Below, one piece after another: positions 19,049 to 26,669 of a stretch of 64,000 nucleotides of DNA. Below the pieces are notes generated by a model. The model searched no databases and was not told the DNA's origin. It saw nothing but the letters and a program-made list of their open reading frames with translations. The translations under genes and the position numbers were made by a program. Location: contig CP166615.1 of the NCBI GenBank assembly GCA_041937175.2, positions 3,168,001 to 3,232,000 on the forward strand, given 5' to 3'. Within the stretch, counting starts at the first letter, position 1. Every line of letters begins with the position of its first letter. The DNA comes from Limnothrix sp. BL-A-16. GTDB taxonomy: Bacteria > Cyanobacteriota > Cyanobacteriia > CACIAM-69d.

Positions 19049-21119
19049 GCCGACAAATTTGCAGGATCGGGGGGTCGATCGCGATCGCTTCTTTGGACGC
19101 GATGACGTATTGCAGGATTTGCACGATCGGTTGGGGCGATCGGATCGGGTGGCGGTGACGAGTGTGGCGGGCATGGGCGGCGTGGGCAAAAGTGAGCTGG
19201 CGGTGCAGTATGCGCGGTGGCGGCTGCGGGAGGGGGACTATCGCGGCGGGGTGGTGTGGCTGGCGGGGGAACGGGCGGGGATTGAGCTATTGGGGTTTGC
19301 GAAGGCGCAGTTTTTCCCGGATGTGGATTTGGCGCAGTTAGGCGATTTACGCGAACAGTTGACGTTTATTTGGTCGCGTTGGCCGGTGCCTGAGGTTCCG
19401 CCGGAGTCGGTGCTGTTGGTGTTTGATGATGTGACGGATTACCGATCGCAGGTGGCGGATCTGTTGCCGAGTGACAAGCGGTTTCGGGCGATCGTCACGA
19501 CGCGGGAGCAGATCCAGGGGATCGATCGGTTGGATTTGGCGGTGCTGGCTCCGGCGGCTGCGTTGGACTTGTTGCGATCAATCGTTGGGGAAGCGCGGAT
19601 CGCGGCGGAACCGGAGACGGCGAGCGAGATCTGTGAATGGCTGGGCTTTTTGCCGTTGGGTTTGGAGTTGGTGGGCTATTATCTCCAGCGCAAGCCGAAT
19701 CTGTCGCTGGCAAAGCTGCTGGAACGGTTGAATGAGAAGCGTTTGGCGGCGAGGGCGTTAATCGATGTGCCGGTGACGCTGACGGCACAGCGGGGGGTCG
19801 CGGCGGCGTTTGAGTTGAGTTGGGAGGCGATCGGCGCGCAGGAGTGGGGCGAGTCGGCGCAGGCGTTGGCGATGCGGCTGAGTCTGTTTGCGGCGGCTCC
19901 GATTCCGTGGGGCTTGATGCAGGACTGTTGGGCGGCGGCGGATGAGGAGGAGTTGGAGGATTGGCGCGATGGGTTAGTGGCGTTGCATCTGATTGAGGAT
20001 GTCACCGGGGAGCGCTATCGGTTGCATCCGCTGATTCGGGAGTTTTTTGCAGCGAAGTTGGCGGCGCGGGCGGAGGCGACAGCCTGGCGGACGGCGTTTG
20101 CGGTGACGTTGACGAAGATTGCGAGAACAATTCCGCAGACTGTGACGCTGGAACAGCAAGCCCAGGTGCGCGAGGCAATGCCCCATCTGGAAGCCGCGAC
20201 GGATTATTGCGACCTACTGAGCGATGATGATTGCGGCTGGCCGTTCACTGGTTTAGCCCGGTTTTACGAAGCCCAAGGCCTGTTCGAGGATGCCGAGCGT
20301 TGCTCTCAGCATTGCCTCGATATGCGCGAAACCCGCTTCGGAGCCGACCACCCTGATACCGCCACCAGCCTCAACAATTTGGCGGCATTGTATGAATCGC
20401 AAGGGAAATACGATCGCGCCGAACCGCTCTACCAACGCGCCTTAGACATCAGAGAACAGCAACTGGGAGCCGACCCCCCCGCTACCGCCACCAGCCTCAA
20501 CAATTTGGCGGGATTGTACCGATCACAAGGGAAATACGATCACGCCGAACCGCTCTTGCAACGCGCCTTAGCGATCAGGGAACGGCAACTGGGAGCCGAC
20601 CACCCCCATACCGCCAGCAGCCTCAACAATTTGGCGCTTTTGTATAAATCGCAAGGGAAATACGATCGCGCCGAACCGCTCTACCAACGCGCCTTAGCGA
20701 TCTATGAACGGCAACTGGGAGCCGACCACCCCAATACCGCCAGCAGCCTCAACAATTTGGCGCTTTTGTATAAATCGCAAGGGAAATACGATCGCGCCGA
20801 ACCGCTCTACCAAAGCGCCTTAGACATCAGAGAACGGCAACTGGGAGCCGACCACCCCGATACCGCCGCCAGCCTCAACAATTTGGCGGTGCTGTATTTC
20901 TATCAAAATCGCTGGGGCGAGGCGGAGCGGTTGCTGGTGCGGGCGCTGCTGATTTGGGCGCAGGTGTTGGGCGAAGCGCATCCCGACACGCAAAGCTCGA
21001 TTCAAAGCTTGTTCAGCCTAATCGGTGCAGCCCTGAACCAGGGACGCGCCGCCGAACTCTCCGACCACCCCGTCACCCAATCCATCCTGCAACAACTCAC
21101 CACCCCACCCAACCCGTAG
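19014..21119 (+). CDS. NB-ARC (STAND NTPase) + TPR protein, NLR-like; -1 frame continuation of 18520-19017
   Basis: FFGRD, Walker A GMGGVGKSE, Walker B LLVFDDV, IVTTR, GFLPLGL, RLHPLIR, then 42-aa TPR repeats; no in-frame ATG before the P-loop. Confidence 0.9.
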   Translation, partial: VDGPVPTPGQEPPTNLQDRGVDRDRFFGRDDVLQDLHDRLGRSDRVAVTSVAGMGGVGKSELAVQYARWRLREGDYRGGVVWLAGERAGIELLGFAKAQFFPDVDLAQLGDLREQLTFIWSRWPVPEVPPESVLLVFDDVTDYRSQVADLLPSDKRFRAIVTTREQIQGIDRLDLAVLAPAAALDLLRSIVGEARIAAEPETASEICEWLGFLPLGLELVGYYLQRKPNLSLAKLLERLNEKRLAARALIDVPVTLTAQRGVAAAFELSWEAIGAQEWGESAQALAMRLSLFAAAPIPWGLMQDCWAAADEEELEDWRDGLVALHLIEDVTGERYRLHPLIREFFAAKLAARAEATAWRTAFAVTLTKIARTIPQTVTLEQQAQVREAMPHLEAATDYCDLLSDDDCGWPFTGLARFYEAQGLFEDAERCSQHCLDMRETRFGADHPDTATSLNNLAALYESQGKYDRAEPLYQRALDIREQQLGADPPATATSLNNLAGLYRSQGKYDHAEPLLQRALAIRERQLGADHPHTASSLNNLALLYKSQGKYDRAEPLYQRALAIYERQLGADHPNTASSLNNLALLYKSQGKYDRAEPLYQSALDIRERQLGADHPDTAASLNNLAVLYFYQNRWGEAERLLVRALLIWAQVLGEAHPDTQSSIQSLFSLIGAALNQGRAAELSDHPVTQSILQQLTTPPNP
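20340..20969 (+). repeat. 5 x 126-bp intragenic TPR repeats (four near-identical)
   Basis: GADHPxTAxSLNNLAxLYxSQGKYDRAEPLYQRALxIxERQL units at 126-bp spacing. Confidence 0.9.
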
Positions 21120-21219
21120 GGGCGCATCGCCATGCGCCCTCCGATACGCGAGATCTCCGCAAACCAATTCGTGGCAACCGATCGACCCGGTTGGAGGGCG
21201 TACAGCGGTACGCCCCTAC
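21116..21219. repeat. REPIN-like element copy 1 (inverted pair of GTAG REPs, 104 bp)
   Basis: GTAGGGGCGCATCGCCATGCGCCC ... GGGCGTACAGCGGTACGCCCCTAC. Confidence 0.8.
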
Positions 21220-21355
21220 CCGATCGCCCTTCCCGCCAAAAACCGGATCGCAATCCCGAGGGGCGATCGACGGTGCGTGGGAGACAAACCCGCCAAACCA
21301 TTACCCCGTAAGCGTTCTCCCACACACCCTACCCGTCGGCCATTGATGCGGGAAC

Positions 21356-21688
21356 ATGGACAAAATGAACTACCCCCAACTGGTGCAACAGGCCCTCGAC
21401 TATCACCACCAACACAGCCAAACCAGCAGCGACCTAGAAACCCACGCCATCTATGACCAACAACGCGATCGCTACCAACTGTTGCGATTTGGCTGGCAGG
21501 GGAGCGATCGCACCTTTGCCTGTGTGGCCTACGTGACGATCGAAAACGGCAAAATCTGGATTCACCGCGACTTCACCGAACCCGGCATCGCCCATCAACT
21601 GCTCGAACAAGGCATCCCCAAAACCGATATCGTCCTGGCTTTTCACGCCCCCAACCTGCGCCCCTACACCGAATTCGCGATCGGTTAA
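21356..21688 (+). CDS. xisI: XisI family protein (solo)
   Basis: YDQQRDRYQLLRFGW..IENGKIWIHRDFTEPGIAHQLLEQGIPKTDIVLAFH. Confidence 0.9.
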   Translation: MDKMNYPQLVQQALDYHHQHSQTSSDLETHAIYDQQRDRYQLLRFGWQGSDRTFACVAYVTIENGKIWIHRDFTEPGIAHQLLEQGIPKTDIVLAFHAPNLRPYTEFAIG

Positions 21689-21746
21689 CCCCCTCGCTGG
21701 GGGAACCCGATCGCCCCCTGATCGTCGCCAAAACCGACCAATTCCC

Positions 21747-21850
21747 GTCGGGACACATCGCCATGCGCCCTCCGATCCGCGAGATCTCCACAAACCAATT
21801 CGTTTCCATGGATTGACCCGGTTGGCGGGCGTACGGCGGTACGCCCCTAC
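21747..21850. repeat. REPIN-like element copy 2 (104 bp, direct repeat of 21116-21219)
   Basis: GTCGGGACACATCGCCATGCGCCC ... GGGCGTACGGCGGTACGCCCCTAC with conserved spacer. Confidence 0.8.
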
Positions 21851-21864
21851 CCGGCGCGGGGTGA

Positions 21865-23454
21865 TTACAACGGGCGATAGACGCGGTAATTCACGTTGGG
21901 GAAGATATTGTCGATCGCCTCCACCTTTTGCAGCCAGCCCGAATCCACCTTGCCCGCGCGAATATCGTCGTAGAGCTTCGTGAACCGCATCATGTGCGAT
22001 CGCGTCCGGCGCACCGCGTAGGGAACCATCGTTCCCGTCCGCATAATGAACGCCCAGTCCGACGACTGCGCCAACAGTAATTCCCGCGCCGCTTGATTCA
22101 GGGCCCGCCACTCCAGCTCATCGGCCGGCTCCAGTTTGGATAGCTCGATCATCCGTTCCGCACCCTTGTGCAGGTGCGGATAAATCCAAGCGTTGGTGTC
22201 ATTCAGCCAATATTCATGGAAGCCCTTATAGCCCCAGCTCGATTGGGACGGGCGACAAACTTGCTGGGTCGGCTGTTTCTGCAAATAATCCGACAGGTGG
22301 GTCATCTGGAAAGTGTTTTGGTCAAACCAAGACTTCCGGAACAGGAAATCCAGGAACCAGGGGCCTTCGTACCACCAGTGCCCAAACAGCTCCGCATCGT
22401 AGGGCGACACCACGATCGGGGGGCGCTGCATCAACCCATTCAGATAGGAAACCTGTTGGCTGCGGTTGAACATGAAGTTGGTGGCATGTTCCGCCGCCTT
22501 TTCCCGCGCCCAGTAGGGATCGTAGAGCGCCTTATCGGACAGGCCCGCCGTCCGGCTGGTGATTTTGTGGTATTTGATGCCCACATTTTTTCGTTGGCCG
22601 TTGGGCATGATGTAGGGCTTGATGTAGTCGTAGTCCGCTTCCCAGCCGATGTCTTTGTAAAACTCTCGGTATTCGGCCGCGCCGGGATAGCCCACTTCGG
22701 AAGACCATACCTGTTGCGAAGATTCGTGGTCGCGGCCAAAGGCGGCCACCCCGGCTTCCGTGAAAATGGGCGAATAGGTACCGAAGCGGGGGCGCGGCCG
22801 GGCGTACAAAATCCCGTGGCCATCGGTGAGGAAGTAGCGCAGGCCGGCATCGGCCACCATCCGTTCCAGGCCTTCGTAGTAGGCGCATTCGGGCAGCCAA
22901 ATGCCTTTGGGGGCGCGGCCGAAGTTTTCTTCGTAGTGGTCAACGGCCACTTTCAGTTGGGCCCACACGGCTTGGGGATACATCTTCATCAGGGGCAAAT
23001 AGCCGTGGGTGGCCCCGCAGGTGATGATGTCGATGTTGCCGGAGTCTTGGAATTTCTTGAAGGCGGTGACGAGATCGCGATCGTACCGTTCCCAAAGTTC
23101 CCGCACTTCCTGGAATTCTTTGATGTAGTGCTCGGCCAGGTAGCGCAGGTGGCCGTTGAATTCGTTGTGGACGTATTCTTTTTCGACGAGTTCTTGCAAC
23201 TGAGCGAGGTGCTGATCGTAGCGGTCTTGCAAGAGGGGGTCGCGGAGCATGGACACCAGGGGCGGGGTCATGCTCATGGTGATTTTGAAGTCTACGCCAT
23301 CGCGCTCGAGTCCTTCAAAGGCGCGTAACAGGGGGACGTAGGTTTCGGTGATGGCTTCGTAGAGCCACTCTTCCTCTAGAACGTAGTCGCTTTCGGGGTG
23401 CCGGACGAAGGGCAGGTGAGCGTGCAGGACGAGGGCGACATAGCCAAGGGTCAT
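21865..23454 (-). CDS. Glycoside hydrolase family 57 (DUF1957) branching-enzyme-like protein
   Basis: LVLHAHLPFV, EAITETYVP, GIWLPECAY, PYDAELFGHWWYEG, LLLAQSSDWAF. Confidence 0.93.
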   Translation of the reverse strand: MTLGYVALVLHAHLPFVRHPESDYVLEEEWLYEAITETYVPLLRAFEGLERDGVDFKITMSMTPPLVSMLRDPLLQDRYDQHLAQLQELVEKEYVHNEFNGHLRYLAEHYIKEFQEVRELWERYDRDLVTAFKKFQDSGNIDIITCGATHGYLPLMKMYPQAVWAQLKVAVDHYEENFGRAPKGIWLPECAYYEGLERMVADAGLRYFLTDGHGILYARPRPRFGTYSPIFTEAGVAAFGRDHESSQQVWSSEVGYPGAAEYREFYKDIGWEADYDYIKPYIMPNGQRKNVGIKYHKITSRTAGLSDKALYDPYWAREKAAEHATNFMFNRSQQVSYLNGLMQRPPIVVSPYDAELFGHWWYEGPWFLDFLFRKSWFDQNTFQMTHLSDYLQKQPTQQVCRPSQSSWGYKGFHEYWLNDTNAWIYPHLHKGAERMIELSKLEPADELEWRALNQAARELLLAQSSDWAFIMRTGTMVPYAVRRTRSHMMRFTKLYDDIRAGKVDSGWLQKVEAIDNIFPNVNYRVYRPL

Positions 23455-23941
23455 AGCAATTGTCCTAGAGCGCAATTAATAAGGCTGAGGCGATCGCTCG
23501 TGGGATCGCCCTGGCCGGATCGGCGTAAAGCTTGGCTTAAGCTTTAGCAGATTTTAAGGCGAAGTGCGACCGGGGGTAGGTCGTGAATTTGACCAGATGT
23601 TGGGCAATCGGGATCTATGGGGATCTGGGGGGATCTGTCGGGATCGGTTGGGATCGGTTGAAGTCTCGGGAGATCCCAGGCAGAAGGGCAGCAAACAACC
23701 CCCTGGCCACTGTAGACGGGGAGACGGCGTGAACTAACGGTGTGCGCCGGGCGTTGTTAATCAATGGGCTGGCGATCACAGGCGATCGGGTGTTGGCTTT
23801 CGATCGCTGGGGAGGGGTTCGGCTGCCCGTTCGCAGGGTGGCTGGGCGGTTGCTCCCAATCAGCGTTGGCCGCGCCAGAATGGAGATGATTCCAGTGGTG
23901 CTCCATGGGCCACTCTGCGCCGAGCACAAGGAGCAAAACCC

Positions 23942-24340
23942 ATGCGTTTAAGCCTGATGGGCGATTCCCTCAGAATTGACTTGGAGGGTTGGGAAAAGCT
24001 GTGGGCTTTTCATTGGCCCCTCTATTTGGAAGTCCCGATCGCGCAAATTCAAGCCGTGCAGTTGGGAGCACCGCCCAGCGACTGGCGAGAACTGCGTGCG
24101 CCGGGTACGTTTCTGCCGGGTGTGATCAAAGCAGGAACCTATTACACAAGGCGTGGCCGGGAGTTTTGGTATGCCACTCATGATGGCGGAGAGTTTCTGA
24201 CGTTGAGGCTGACGGGCCATCAATACGCTCAGGTGGTGTTGACGCTGCTGGATGCGGCTGACTGGCAACAGCGCATCGATCGAGTCATCCCGCCGCCGAC
24301 TCCCGTGGGCTTGGAGCAACTTCAGTTTGGCTCGCTCTAG
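23942..24340 (+). CDS. Conserved hypothetical protein (possibly PH-like)
   Basis: 132 aa; LRAPGTFLPGVIKAGTYY..REFW motif. Confidence 0.7.
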   Translation: MRLSLMGDSLRIDLEGWEKLWAFHWPLYLEVPIAQIQAVQLGAPPSDWRELRAPGTFLPGVIKAGTYYTRRGREFWYATHDGGEFLTLRLTGHQYAQVVLTLLDAADWQQRIDRVIPPPTPVGLEQLQFGSL

Positions 24341-24406
24341 CTTTGGCCCGCCCTAGCTTGGATCGCGATCGCCCATGGACGACTGGCGCTGGGCCCAGGT
24401 TGGCGA

Positions 24407-25843
24407 TCAGAATTCGGCGGTGAGGGGCAACCACACTTCAAAACTGGTGCCGGGTAAATCGAAGGGGCGATCGGGATAGGTTTCTGGCCAACGGGGCGAT
24501 CGCAATCGGAGGTGGCCCCCATGGCGCGCAATGATTTCGTGGGTGATGGCCAGACCCAGGCCCGTTCCTTTCCCGATCGGCTTGGTGGTGAAAAAGGTCT
24601 CAAAGATTTTGGTCTGAATGGCTTCGGGAATGCCGGGGCCGTTGTCGGCAATTTCCACCATCACCCAGCCCGTCACATCCATGGTGCGGGGTTCCACCGC
24701 CGCGATCGAGGCCGGCTCGATCGCCGCCAAATCCGCCGGCAACTCGTTCATGCATTGGGTGCGAATCATGATTGTCGGCTGCCAGCGTTGTCGCTCCAGT
24801 GGCGGAATTTGGTTTTGCACCTCCAGCAGCGCATCCACCGCATTGGCCAGCAGGTTCATAAACACTTGGCTCAGGTGTCCCGACTGGCAAGCCACCAGGG
24901 GCAATTCTCCATAGGTGCGAATCACTTCCACCCCTTCTCGCAGGCGGTTGTTAAGCACGATCAGAGTGCTCTCAATGCAATCGTGCAGGTCGGCAGCCTT
25001 GAAGTTTTCTGACCCCACATGGGAAAAGCTTTGGAGACCGGCAACGGTTTTTTTCAGTTTGTCTGCCCCGATCGCCATGCTGTCGATCAGTTTGGGCAAG
25101 TCCTCCCGCAGGAAGTCGAACTCCATGGTCGATCGCAACCGTTGCAAGGTCTCGGGAACTTCCGGCAGCAGGGCTTCATAGGCCGTCACCAGCTCAATCA
25201 AATCTCGGGCGTATTGGGTCAGATAAACCACATTGCCCGAAATGAAATTCACCGGATTTTTAATTTCATGGGAAATGCCCGCCACCATCCGCCCCAGGCT
25301 GGCCATCTTCTCCGCTTGAATCACCTGAGCGCGGGTTTGTTCTTGAATCCGCTGCATGGCTAGCTCGTGAATTTGGGATTGAGCCACCAGCAACTGGTGA
25401 ATATCCAGCAGACAATAGCAGCCTTCCTGGGATTCCACCGCCAACGGTTCATAGAGCAAATCGGGCGATCGCTCCAGGGCCGCCCGCCCCGCCTGCACCA
25501 CAAGCGTGCTGCCCGACAACACCAACAGCGGCACATGGGCGTATTGATACATTACGCGCAGGGGCCGATGTAGAAATAACTCCGGGCCATATTGCCGGCT
25601 CAGGTGCTTAAAAAAACGCCGCCGCGACAGCAGCCCCGCAAAGGCTCCTCGATCGAGCAATACGGCCCCTGGCAGCAGGGGATCCGCCTCCAAGGCTTGG
25701 GCCAGCTCAATCCCCGGCTGTGACAAATCCATGGCAAAGCAGGATAGGCACAAGTCATTGAGCGTGGACTCCAAATTCAGCGAGGCAGCAAGATTGGGCA
25801 GCACAGCCGGAGCAGCCATGGTTGAAGTGGAAGTGGCAAGCAT
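24407..25843 (-). CDS. Sensor histidine kinase (NtrB-like HisKA + HATPase, CBS-like N-terminal domain)
   Basis: EKMASLGRMVAGISHEIKNP, QVFMNLLANA, DNGPG, FFTTKPIGKGTGLGL. Confidence 0.92.
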   Translation of the reverse strand: MLATSTSTMAAPAVLPNLAASLNLESTLNDLCLSCFAMDLSQPGIELAQALEADPLLPGAVLLDRGAFAGLLSRRRFFKHLSRQYGPELFLHRPLRVMYQYAHVPLLVLSGSTLVVQAGRAALERSPDLLYEPLAVESQEGCYCLLDIHQLLVAQSQIHELAMQRIQEQTRAQVIQAEKMASLGRMVAGISHEIKNPVNFISGNVVYLTQYARDLIELVTAYEALLPEVPETLQRLRSTMEFDFLREDLPKLIDSMAIGADKLKKTVAGLQSFSHVGSENFKAADLHDCIESTLIVLNNRLREGVEVIRTYGELPLVACQSGHLSQVFMNLLANAVDALLEVQNQIPPLERQRWQPTIMIRTQCMNELPADLAAIEPASIAAVEPRTMDVTGWVMVEIADNGPGIPEAIQTKIFETFFTTKPIGKGTGLGLAITHEIIARHGGHLRLRSPRWPETYPDRPFDLPGTSFEVWLPLTAEF

Positions 25844-26669
25844 AGGAAATGAGGGTGCAGAGGGACGGGCGAGCAGCCAACAGGCTCAGAGCATTGCACA
25901 GGGGGCTTTGGGCCAATCTCGGGGCCGAGATTTCATGGGGAAAAATGAATCAGGCTGGCACGCTCGATCGAAATCGCCTTAGATAGCCCATACAACCCCA
26001 AGAAAATCCAGTGTTGATCAACTAATTGCCTTGGCCAAGGGCCTCGGTCAATTGATTCAGTTTAATGAATCGATCGCTTGGAATCGGGGTCTTAAGATTA
26101 CTTGGTTGCAGGTAAGCGTTCCCGACTTCTATCCTTTTCAAGGCTAACATCTTACAGCAGGAAAGACAGAATAGATCTACCATAAAATCTTGTCAAAGCA
26201 TCTGATTTCAATCAGCCCAGCGTTGTCAGGGCAAGGCTTTGCCGTGACAGCAAGTTCATTATTGAATCATCGGCTCAAGAGATCTTCATGATCTTTTTTG
26301 GGGATATTTTTAGGAAATGGGCTAAGGGAATTTTTATTGAAACTTGATCTGTTGATAATATGCGTTTAACCAATACTTAAACAAATGACAGTAACAATCT
26401 TTTCTGCGCTAGGTTTTGCTACCTGGAGCTGTGGCGGCCTTGTTCGATCTTGATTGTTCGATTCTGATTGCCCTATTTTGATTGCCCGATCTTGAGGTTC
26501 AGCACTATTTTGGGTGCTGTTTCTGGTGCTGTTTTTGGTGCTGGGCCATGGGTTCGATCGCGCTCTGTTCGATCGCGTTCTTGAGCCAATTCCCGATCGA
26601 GGTTTGGATATCGCCATTCGATCGGGAATCGATCAGACCCGATCGCGGCCATGAGGGTCAATCAGCAAC

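Noticed and set aside
22168..23328. 386-aa ORF on + strand
   Set aside because: Antisense shadow of the well-conserved GH57 gene; no motifs of its own.
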